Assembly: GCA_965112735.1 (NCBI GenBank)
Contig: OZ218960.1
Location: 2,170,001-2,234,000, forward strand
Reading direction: 5' to 3'
Length of the DNA: 64,000 nucleotides
Source: Phaeosaccion multiseriatum
Lineage: Eukaryota; Protista; Ochrophyta, other classes
Made by a program: the position numbers and the translations under genes. Under the pieces are notes generated by a model that saw nothing but the letters and a program-made list of their open reading frames with translations, was not told the DNA's origin and did not search any database. Positions 9,225-21,200 of the stretch are shown here, one piece after another. The stretch's first letter is position 1, and each line of letters begins with the position of its first letter.

Positions 9225-12200
9225 GCGCTAGGCATTGATTGGGCACAGTGCATCCCAGCAAAGCACTGTATGGCCATACACCAGCCGTGGGGGGCCTTGG
9301 CAGGCCTCGAGCCGCCCAATCTGGCTCTTTGCTTCGCCATGGAAGGCGCTTTCTTATTATTGCGGGCACAAGCAGCCTGAATGAGGCGTTTGCTGGCCGG
9401 TGCGGGCCTGTGCGAGGCATTGGTTGGGCACAATGTATCCCAGCAAAGCACTGTATGGCAATACAGCAGCCGTGGGGGGCCTTGGCAGGCCTCGAGCCGC
9501 CCAATCTGGCTCTTTGCTTCGCCATGGAAGGCGCTTCTGGGGGCACAAGCAGCCTGAATGAGGCGTTTGCTGGCCGGTGCGGGCCTGTGCGAGGCATTGG
9601 TTGGGCACAATGCATCCCAGCAAAGCACTGTATGGCCATACACCAGCCGTGGGGGGCCTTGGCAGGCCTCGAGCCGCCCAATCTGGCTCTTTGCTTCGCC
9701 ATGGAAGGCGCTTTCTTATTATTGCGGGCACAAGCAGCCTGAATGAGGCGTTTGCTGGCCGGTGCGGGCCTGTGCGAGGCATTGGTTGGGCACAATGTAT
9801 CCCAGCAAAGCACTGTATGGCAATACAGCAGCCGTGGGGGGCCTTGGCAGGCCTCGAGCCGCCCAATCTGGCTCTTTGCTTCGCCATGGAAGGCGCTTTC
9901 TTATTATTGCGGGCACAAGCAGCCTGAATGAGGCGTTTGCTGGCCGGTGCGGGCCTGTGCGAGGCATTGGTTGGGCACAATGTATCCCAGCAAAGCACTG
10001 TATGGCAATACACCAGCCGTGTGGGGCCTTGGCAGGCCTCGAGCCGCCCAATCTGGCTCTTTATTGCTTCGCCATGGAAGGCGCTTTCTTATTATTGCGG
10101 GCACAAGCAGCCTGAATGAGGCGTTTGCTGGCCGGTGCGGGCCTGTGCGAGGCATTGGTTGGGCACAATGTATCCCAGCAAAGCACTGTATGGCCATACA
10201 CCAGCCGTGTGGGGCCTTGGTAGGCCTCGAGCCGCCCAATCTTGTTAGAAGTCGTGCTTTTGCTAGACTGGTACCTACCCTCTGAATTCAGACCGGGAGG
10301 GTACCAGTCTAGCAAAAGCACGACTTCTAACAAGCCCTAATGCTAGAAGTCGAACCCCCCCCCCCCCACCGCACATAGTGGAGAGAAGTAACTCGCAGTC
10401 TGGGAATCAGACTAATGGGTGCCAGCCGGTACCAGTTTTCGCCGAAAAACACACTTTTTTCACAAGCTACAGCCAGGATTCGAACTCGCAATGGCCTTGT
10501 TAGAAGTCGTGCTTTTGCTAGACTGGTACCTACCCTCTGAATTGTTAGAAGTCGTGCTTTTGCTAGACTGGTACCTACCCTCTGAATTCAGACCGGGAGG
10601 TACCAGTCTAGCAAAAGCACGACTTCTAACAAGCCCTAATGCTAGAAGTCGAACCCCCCCCCCCCACCGCACATAGTGGAGAGAAGTAACTCGCAGTCTG
10701 GGAATCAGACTAATGGGTGCCAGCCGGTACCAGTTTTCGCCGAAAAACACACTTTTTTCACAAGCTACAGCCAGGATTCGAATTCAGACCGGGAGGTACC
10801 AGTCTAGCAAAAGCACGACTTCTAACAAGGCCATTGCGAGTTCGAATCCTGGCTGTAGCTTGTGAAAAAAGTGTGTTTTTCGGCGAAAACTGGTACCGGC
10901 TGGCACCCATTAGTCTGATTCCCAGACTGCGAGTTACTTCTCTCCACTATGTGCGGTGGGGGGGGGGGGGTTCGACTTCTAGCATTAGGGCTTGTTAGAA
11001 GTCGTGCTTTTGCTAGACTGGTACCTCCCGGTCTGAATTCAGAGGGTAGGTACCAGTCTAGCAAAAGCACGACTTCTAACAATCTGGCTCTTTGCTTCGC
11101 CATGGAAGGCGCTTCTGGGGCACAAGCAGCCCGAATGAGGCGTTTGCTGGCCGGTGCGGGCCTGCGCTAGGCATTGGTTGGGCACAGTACATCCCAGCAA
11201 AGCACTGTATGGTCATACACCAGCCTTGTGGGGCCTTGGCAGGCCGAGCCGCCCAATCTGGCTCTTTGCTTCGCCATGGAAGGCGCTTCTGGGGGCACAA
11301 GCAGCCTGAATGAGGCGTTTGCTGGCCGGTGCGGGCCTGTGCGAGGCATTGGTTGGGCACAATGTATCCCAGCAAAGCACTGTATGGCCATACACCAGCC
11401 GTGTGGGGCCTTGGCAGGCCTCGAGCCGCCCAATCTGGCTCTTTGCTTCGCCATGGAAGGCGCTTTCTTATTATTGCGGGCACAAGCAGCCCGAATGAGG
11501 CGTTTGCTGGCCGGTGCGGGCCTGCGCGAGGCATTGGTTGGGCACAGTGCATCCCAGCAAAGCACTGTATGGCCATACACCAGCCGTGTGGGGCCTTGGC
11601 AGGCCTCGAGCCGCCCAATCTGGCTCTTTGCTTCGCCATGGAAGGCGCTTTCTTATTATTGCGGGCACAAGCAGCCCGAATGAGGCGTTTGCTGGCCGAT
11701 GCGGGCCTGCGCTAGGCATTGGTTGGATACAATGTATCCCAGCAAAGCACTGTATGGCCATACACCAGCCGTGTGGGGCCTTGGCAGGCCTCGAGCCGCC
11801 CAATCTGGCTCTTTATTGCTTCGCCATGGAAGGCGCTTTCTTATTATTGCGGGCACAAGCAGCCTGAATGAGGCGTTTGCTGGCCGGTGCGGGCCTGTGC
11901 GAGGCATTGGTTGGGCACAATGTATCCCAGCAAAGCACTGTATGGCCATACACCAGCCGTGTGGGGCCTTGGCAGGCCTCGAGCCGCCCAATCTGGCTCT
12001 TTGCTTCGCCATGGAAGGCGCTTTCTTATTATTGCGGGCACAAGCAGCCTGAATGAGGCGTTTGCTGGCCGGTGCGGGCCTGCGCTAGGCATTGGTTGGG
12101 CACAGTACATCCCAGCAAAGCACTGTATGGTCATACACCAGCCTTGTGGGGCCTTGGCAGGCCTCGAGCCGCCCAATCTGGCTCTTTGCTTCGCCATGGA

Positions 12201-15200
12201 AGGCGCTTCTGGGGGCACAAGCAGCCCGAATGAGGCGTTGGCTGGCCGAAGCGGGCCTGCGCGAGGCATTGGTTGGGCACAGTGCATCCCAGCAAAGCAC
12301 TGTATGGCCATACACCAGCCGTGTGGGGCCTTGGCAGGCCTCGAGCCGCCCAATCTGGCTCTTTGCTTCGCCATGGAAGGCGCTTCTGGGGCACAAGCAG
12401 CCCGAATGAGGCGTTTGCTGGCCGGTGCGGGCCTGCGCTAGGCATTGGTTGGGCACAGTACATCCCAGCAAAGCACTGTATGGTCATACACCAGCCTTGT
12501 GGGGCCTTGGCAGGCCTCGAGCCGCCCAATCTGGCTCTTTGCTTCGCCATGGAAGGCGCTTCTGGGGGCACAAGCAGCCTGAATGAGGCGTTTGCTGGCC
12601 GGTGCGGGCCTGTGCGAGGCATTGGTTGGGCACAATGTATCCCAGCAAAGCACTGTATGGCCATACACCAGCCGTGTGGGGCCTTGGCAGGCCTCGAGCC
12701 GCCCAATCTGGCTCTTTGCTTCGCCATGGAAGGCGCTTTCTTATTATTGCGGGCACAAGCAGCCCGAATGAGGCGTTTGCTGGCCGGTGCGGGCCTGTGC
12801 GAGGCATTGGTTGGGCACAGTGCATCCCAGCAAAGCACTGTATGGCCATACACCAGCCGTGTGGGGCCTTGGCAGGCCTCGAGCCGCCCAATCTGGCTCT
12901 TTGCTTCGCCATGGAAGGCGCTTTCTTATTATTGCGGGCACAAGCAGCCCGAATGAGGCGTTTGCTGGCCGATGCGGGCCTGCGCTAGGCATTGGTTGGA
13001 TACAATGTATCCCAGCAAAGCACTGTATGGCCATACACCAGCCGTGTGGGGCCTTGGCAGGCCTCGAGCCGCCCAATCTGGCTCTTTATTGCTTCGCCAT
13101 GGAAGGCGCTTTCTTATTATATTATTGCGGGCACAAGCAGCCTGAATGAGGCGTTTGCTGGCCGGTGCGGGCCTGTGCGAGGCATTGGTTGGGCACAATG
13201 TATCCCAGCAAAGCACTGTATGGCCATACACCAGCCGTGTGGGGCCTTGGCAGGCCTCGAGCCGCCCAATCTGGCTCTTTGCTTCGCCATGGAAGGCGCT
13301 TTCTTATTATTGCGGGCACAAGCAGCCTGAATGAGGCGTTTGCTGGCCGGTGCGGGCCTGCGCTAGGCATTGGTTGGGCACAGTACATCCCAGCAAAGCA
13401 CTGTATGGTCATGCACCAGCCGTGTGGGGCCTTGGCAGGCCTCGAGCCGCCCAATCTGGCTCTTTGCTTCGCCATGGAAGGCGCTTCTGGGGGCACAAGC
13501 AGCCCGAATGAGGCGTTGGCTGGCCGAAGCGGGCCTGCGCGAGGCATTGGTTGGGCACAGTGCATCCCAGCAAAGCACTGTATGGCCATACACCAGCCGT
13601 GTGGGGCCTTGGTAGGCCTCGAGCCGCCCAATCTGGCTCTTTGCTTCGCCATGGAAGGCGCTTCTGGGGCACAAGCAGCCCGAATGAGGCGTTTGCTGGC
13701 CGGTGCGGGCCTGCGCTAGGCATTGGTTGGGCACAGTACATCCCAGCAAAGCACTGTATGGTCATACACCAGCCTTGTGGGGCCTTGGCAGGCCGAGCCG
13801 CCCAATCTGGCTCTTTGCTTCGCCATGGAAGGCGCTTCTGGGGGCACAAGCAGCCTGAATGAGGCGTTTGCTGGCCGGTGCGGGCCTGTGCGAGGCATTG
13901 GTTGGGCACAATGTATCCCAGCAAAGCACTGTATGGCCATACACCAGCCGTGTGGGGCCTTGGCAGGCCTCGAGCCGCCCAATCTGGCTCTTTGCTTCGC
14001 CATGGAAGGCGCTTTCTTATTATTGCGGGCACAAGCAGCCCGAATGAGGCGTTTGCTGGCCGGTGCGGGCCTGCGCGAGGCATTGGTTGGGCACAGTGCA
14101 TCCCAGCAAAGCACTGTATGGCCATACACCAGCCGTGTGGGGCCTTGGCAGGCCTCGAGCCGCCCAATCTGGCTCTTTGCTTCGCCATGGAAGGCGCTTT
14201 CTTATTATTGCGGGCACAAGCAGCCCGAATGAGGCGTTTGCTGGCCGATGCGGGCCTGCGGTAGGCATTGGTTGGATACAATGTATCCCAGCAAAGCACT
14301 GTATGGCCATACACCAGCCGTGTGGGGCCTTGGCAGGCCTCGAGCCGCCCAATCTGGCTCTTTATTGCTTCGCCATGGAAGGCGCTTTCTTATTATTGCG
14401 GGCACAAGCAGCCCGAATGAGGCGTTTGCTGGCCGGTGCGGGCCTGCGCTAGGCATTGGTTGGGCACAGTACATCCCAGCAAAGCACTGTATGGTCATAC
14501 ACCAGCCTTGTGGGGCCTTGGCAGGCCGAGCCGCCCAATCTGGCTCTTTGCTTCGCCATGGAAGGCGCTTCTGGGGGCACAAGCAGCCTGAATGAGGCGT
14601 TTGCTGGCCGGTGCGGGCCTGTGCGAGGCATTGGTTGGGCACAATGTATCCCAGCAAAGCACTGTATGGCCATACACCAGCCGTGTGGGGCCTTGGCAGG
14701 CCTCGAGCCGCCCAATCTGGCTCTTTGCTTCGCCATGGAAGGCGCTTCTGGGGCACAAGCAGCCCCCGAATGAGGCGTTTGCTGGCCGGTGCGGGCCTGC
14801 GCTAGGCATTGGTTGGGCACAGTGCATCCCAGCAAAGCACTGTATGGCCATACACCAGCCGTGTGGGGCCTTGGTAGGCCTCGAGCCGCCCAATCTGGCT
14901 CTTTGCTTCGCCATGGAAGGCGCTTCTGGGGGCACAAGCAGCCTGAATGAGGCGTTTGCTGGCCGGTGCGGGCCTGTGCGAGGCATTGGTTGGGCACAAT
15001 GTATCCCAGCAAAGCACTGTATGGCCATACACCAGCCGTGGGGGGCCTTGGCAGGCCTCGAGCCGCCCAATCTGGCTCTTTGCTTCGCCATGGAAGGCGC
15101 TTTCTTATCATTGCGGGCACAAGCAGCACTGTATGGCCATACACCAGCCGTGTGGGGCCTTGGCAGGCCTCGAGCCGCCCAATCTGGCTCTTTGCTTCGC

Positions 15201-18200
15201 CATGGAAGGCGCTTCTGGGGACACAAGCAGCCCGAATGAGGCGTTTGCTGGCCGGTGCCGGCCTGCGCTAGGCATTGGTTGGGCACAGTGCCTCCCAGCA
15301 AAGCACTGTATGGCCATACACCAGCCGTGTGGGGCCTTGGCAGGCCTCGAGCCGCCCAATCTGGCTCTTTGCTGCGCTGCTGACATGGAAGGCGCTTTCT
15401 TATTATTGCGGGCACAAGCAGCCCGAATGAGGCGTTTGCTGGCCGATGCGGGCATGCGCTAGGCATTGGTTGGGCACAGTGTATCCCAGCAAAGCACTGT
15501 ATGGCAATACACCAGCCGTGTGGGGCCTTGGCAGGCCTCGAGCCGCCCAATCTGGCTCTTTGCTTCGCCATGGAAGGCGCTTTCTTATCATTGCGGGCAC
15601 AAGCAGCCTGAATGAGGCGTTTGCTGGCCGGTGCGGGCCTGTGCGAGGCATTGGTTGGGCACAGTACATCCCAGCAAAGCACTGTATGGCCATACACCAG
15701 CCGTGTGGGGCCTTGGCAGGCCTCGAGCCGCCCAATCTGGCTCTTTGCTTCGCCATGGAAGGCGCTTTCTTATTATTGCGGGCACAAGCAGCCTGAATGA
15801 GGCGTTTGCTGGCCGGTGCGGGCCTGCGCTAGGCATTGGTTGGGCACAGTACATCCCAGCAAAGCACTGTATGGTCATACACCAGCCTTGTGGGGCCTTG
15901 GCAGGCCTCGAGCCGCCCAATCTGGCTCTTTGCTTCGCCATGGAAGGCGCTTCTGGGGGCACAAGCAGCCCGAATGAGGCGTTGGCTGGCCGAAGCGGGC
16001 CTGCGCGAGGCATTGGTTGGGCACAGTGCATCCCAGCAAAGCACTGTATGGCCATACACCAGCCGTGTGGGGCCTTGGTAGGCCTCGAGCCGCCCAATCT
16101 GGCTCTTTGCTTCGCCATGGAAGGCGCTTCTGGGGCACAAGCAGCCCGAATGAGGCGTTTGCTGGCCGGTGCGGGCCTGCGCTAGGCATTGGTTGGGCAC
16201 AGTACATCCCAGCAAAGCACTGTATGGTCATACACCAGCCTTGTGGGGCCTTGGCAGGCCGAGCCGCCCAATCTGGCTCTTTGCTTCGCCATGGAAGGCG
16301 CTTCTGGGGGCACAAGCAGCCTGAATGAGGCGTTTGCTGGCCGGTGCGGGCCTGTGCGAGGCATTGGTTGGGCACAATGTATCCCAGCAAAGCACTGTAT
16401 GGTCATACACCAGCCGTGTGGGGCCTTGGCAGGCCTCGAGCCGCCCAATCTGGCTCTTTGCTTCGCCATGGAAGGCGCTTTCTTATTATTGCGGGCACAA
16501 GCAGCCCGAATGAGGCGTTTGCTGGCCGGTGCGGGCCTGCGCGAGGCATTGGTTGGGCACAGTGCATCCCAGCAAAGCACTGTATGGCCATACACCAGCC
16601 GTGTGGGGCCTTGGCAGGCCTCGAGCCGCCCAATCTGGCTCTTTGCTTCGCCATGGAAGGCGCTTTCTTATTATTGCGGGCACAAGCAGCCCGAATGAGG
16701 CGTTTGCTGGCCGATGCGGGCCTGCGCTAGGCATTGGTTGGATACAATGTATCCCAGCAAAGCACTGTATGGCCATACACCAGCCGTGTGGGGCCTTGGC
16801 AGGCCTCGAGCCGCCCAATCTGGCTCTTTATTGCTTCGCCATGGAAGGCGCTTTCTTATTATTGCGGGCACAAGCAGCCTGAATGAGGCGTTTGCTGGCC
16901 GGTGCGGGCCTGTGCGAGGCATTGGTTGGGCACAATGTATCCCAGCAAAGCACTGTATGGCCATACACCAGCCGTGTGGGGCCTTGGCAGGCCTCGAGCC
17001 GCCCAATCTGGCTCTTTGCTTCGCCATGGAAGGCGCTTTCTTATTATTGCGGGCACAAGCAGCCTGAATGAGGCGTTTGCTGGCCGGTGCGGGCCTGCGC
17101 TAGGCATTGGTTGGGCACAGTACATCCCAGCAAAGCACTGTATGGTCATACACCAGCCGTGTGGGGCCTTGGCAGGCCTCGAGCCGCCCAATCTGGCTCT
17201 TTGCTTCGCCATGGAAGGCGCTTCTGGGGGCACAAGCAGCCCGAATGAGGCGTTGGCTGGCCGAAGCGGGCCTGCGCGAGGCATTGGTTGGGCACAGTGC
17301 ATCCCAGCAAAGCACTGTATGGCCATACACCAGCCGTGTGGGGCCTTGGTAGGCCTCGAGCCGCCCAATCTGGCTCTTTGCTTCGCCATGGAAGGCGCTT
17401 CTGGGGCACAAGCAGCCCGAATGAGGCGTTTGCTGGCCGGTGCGGGCCTGCGCTAGGCATTGGTTGGGCACAGTACATCCCAGCAAAGCACTGTATGGTC
17501 ATACACCAGCCTTGTGGGGCCTTGGCAGGCCTCGAGCCGCCCAATCTGGCTCTTTGCTTCGCCATGGAAGGCGCTTCTGGGGGCACAAGCAGCCCGAATG
17601 AGGCGTTGGCTGGCCGAAGCGGGCCTGCGCGAGGCATTGGTTGGGCACAGTGCATCCCAGCAAAGCACTGTATGGCCATACACCAGCCGTGTGGGGCCTT
17701 GGTAGGCCTCGAGCCGCCCAATCTGGCTCTTTGCTTCGCCATGGAAGGCGCTTCTGGGGCACAAGCAGCCCGAATGAGGCGTTTGCTGGCCGGTGCGGGC
17801 CTGCGCTAGGCATTGGTTGGGCACAGTACATCCCAGCAAAGCACTGTATGGTCATACACCAGCCTTGTGGGGCCTTGGCAGGCCGAGCCGCCCAATCTGG
17901 CTCTTTGCTTCGCCATGGAAGGCGCTTCTGGGGGCACAAGCAGCCTGAATGAGGCGTTTGCTGGCCGGTGCGGGCCTGTGCGAGGCATTGGTTGGGCACA
18001 ATGTATCCCAGCAAAGCACTGTATGGCCATACACCAGCCGTGTGGGGCCTTGGCAGGCCTCGAGCCGCCCAATCTGGCTCTTTGCTTCGCCATGGAAGGC
18101 GCTTTCTTATTATTGCGGGCACAAGCAGCCCGAATGAGGCGTTTGCTGGCCGGTGCGGGCCTGCGCGAGGCATTGGTTGGGCACAGTGCATCCCAGCAAA

Positions 18201-21200
18201 GCACTGTATGGCCATACACCAGCCGTGTGGGGCCTTGGCAGGCCTCGAGCCGCCCAATCTGGCTCTTTGCTTCGCCATGGAAGGCGCTTTCTTATTATTG
18301 CGGGCACAAGCAGCCCGAATGAGGCGTTTGCTGGCCGATGCGGGCCTGCGCTAGGCATTGGTTGGATACAATGTATCCCAGCAAAGCACTGTATGGCCAT
18401 ACACCAGCCGTGTGGGGCCTTGGCAGGCCTCGAGCCGCCCAATCTGGCTCTTTATTGCTTCGCCATGGAAGGCGCTTTCTTATTATTGCGGGCACAAGCA
18501 GCCTGAATGAGGCGTTTGCTGGCCGGTGCGGGCCTGTGCGAGGCATTGGTTGGGCACAATGTATCCCAGCAAAGCACTGTATGGCCATACACCAGCCGTG
18601 TGGGGCCTTGGCAGGCCTCGAGCCGCCCAATCTGGCTCTTTGCTTCGCCATGGAAGGCGCTTTCTTATTATTGCGGGCACAAGCAGCCTGAATGAGGCGT
18701 TTGCTGGCCGGTGCGGGCCTGCGCTAGGCATTGGTTGGGCACAGTACATCCCAGCAAAGCACTGTATGGTCATACACCAGCCGTGTGGGGCCTTGGCAGG
18801 CCTCGAGCCGCCCAATCTGGCTCTTTGCTTCGCCATGGAAGGCGCTTCTGGGGGCACAAGCAGCCCGAATGAGGCGTTGGCTGGCCGAAGCGGGCCTGCG
18901 CGAGGCATTGGTTGGGCACAGTGCATCCCAGCAAAGCACTGTATGGCCATACACCAGCCGTGTGGGGCCTTGGTAGGCCTCGAGCCGCCCAATCTGGCTC
19001 TTTGCTTCGCCATGGAAGGCGCTTCTGGGGCACAAGCAGCCCGAATGAGGCGTTTGCTGGCCGGTGCGGGCCTGCGCTAGGCATTGGTTGGGCACAGTAC
19101 ATCCCAGCAAAGCACTGTATGGTCATACACCAGCCTTGTGGGGCCTTGGCAGGCCGAGCCGCCCAATCTGGCTCTTTGCTTCGCCATGGAAGGCGCTTCT
19201 GGGGGCACAAGCAGCCTGAATGAGGCGTTTGCTGGCCGGTGCGGGCCTGTGCGAGGCATTGGTTGGGCACAATGTATCCCAGCAAAGCACTGTATGGCCA
19301 TACACCAGCCGTGTGGGGCCTTGGCAGGCCTCGAGCCGCCCAATCTGGCTCTTTGCTTCGCCATGGAAGGCGCTTTCTTATTATTGCGGGCACAAGCAGC
19401 CCGAATGAGGCGTTTGCTGGCCGGTGCGGGCCTGCGCGAGGCATTGGTTGGGCACAGTGCATCCCAGCAAAGCACTGTATGGCCATACACCAGCCGTGTG
19501 GGGCCTTGGCAGGCCTCGAGCCGCCCAATCTGGCTCTTTGCTTCGCCATGGAAGGCGCTTTCTTATTATTGCGGGCACAAGCAGCCCGAATGAGGCGTTT
19601 GCTGGCCGATGCGGGCCTGCGGTAGGCATTGGTTGGATACAATGTATCCCAGCAAAGCACTGTATGGCCATACACCAGCCGTGTGGGGCCTTGGCAGGCC
19701 TCGAGCCGCCCAATCTGGCTCTTTATTGCTTCGCCATGGAAGGCGCTTTCTTATTATTGCGGGCACAAGCAGCCCGAATGAGGCGTTTGCTGGCCGGTGC
19801 GGGCCTGCGCTAGGCATTGGTTGGGCACAGTACATCCCAGCAAAGCACTGTATGGTCATACACCAGCCTTGTGGGGCCTTGGCAGGCCGAGCCGCCCAAT
19901 CTGGCTCTTTGCTTCGCCATGGAAGGCGCTTCTGGGGGCACAAGCAGCCTGAATGAGGCGTTTGCTGGCCGGTGCGGGCCTGTGCGAGGCATTGGTTGGG
20001 CACAATGTATCCCAGCAAAGCACTGTATGGCCATACACCAGCCGTGTGGGGCCTTGGCAGGCCTCGAGCCGCCCAATCTGGCTCTTTGCTTCGCCATGGA
20101 AGGCGCTTCTGGGGCACAAGCAGCCCCCGAATGAGGCGTTTGCTGGCCGGTGCGGGCCTGCGCTAGGCATTGGTTGGGCACAGTGCATCCCAGCAAAGCA
20201 CTGTATGGCCATACACCAGCCGTGTGGGGCCTTGGTAGGCCTCGAGCCGCCCAATCTGGCTCTTTGCTTCGCCATGGAAGGCGCTTCTGGGGGCACAAGC
20301 AGCCTGAATGAGGCGTTTGCTGGCCGGTGCGGGCCTGTGCGAGGCATTGGTTGGGCACAATGTATCCCAGCAAAGCACTGTATGGCCATACACCAGCCGT
20401 GGGGGGCCTTGGCAGGCCTCGAGCCGCCCAATCTGGCTCTTTGCTTCGCCATGGAAGGCGCTTTCTTATCATTGCGGGCACAAGCAGCACTGTATGGCCA
20501 TACACCAGCCGTGTGGGGCCTTGGCAGGCCTCGAGCCGCCCAATCTGGCTCTTTGCTTCGCCATGGAAGGCGCTTCTGGGGACACAAGCAGCCCGAATGA
20601 GGCGTTTGCTGGCCGGTGCCGGCCTGCGCTAGGCATTGGTTGGGCACAGTGCCTCCCAGCAAAGCACTGTATGGCCATACACCAGCCGTGTGGGGCCTTG
20701 GCAGGCCTCGAGCCGCCCAATCTGGCTCTTTGCTGCGCTGCTGACATGGAAGGCGCTTTCTTATTATTGCGGGCACAAGCAGCCCGAATGAGGCGTTTGC
20801 TGGCCGATGCGGGCATGCGCTAGGCATTGGTTGGGCACAGTGTATCCCAGCAAAGCACTGTATGGCAATACACCAGCCGTGTGGGGCCTTGGCAGGCCTC
20901 GAGCCGCCCAATCTGGCTCTTTGCTTCGCCATGGAAGGCGCTTTCTTATCATTGCGGGCACAAGCAGCCTGAATGAGGCGTTTGCTGGCCGGTGCGGGCC
21001 TGTGCGAGGCATTGGTTGGGCACAGTACATCCCAGCAAAGCACTGTATGGCCATACACCAGCCGTGTGGGGCCTTGGCAGGCCTCGAGCCGCCCAATCTG
21101 GCTCTTTGCTTCGCCATGGAAGGCGCTTTCTTATTATTGCGGGCACAAGCAGCCTGAATGAGGCGTTTGCTGGCCGGTGCGGGCCTGCGCTAGGCATTGG

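Noticed and set aside
10795-10862. Functional tRNA gene
   Set aside because: Anticodon, D and T stems do not pair; kept only as tRNA-derived sequence.
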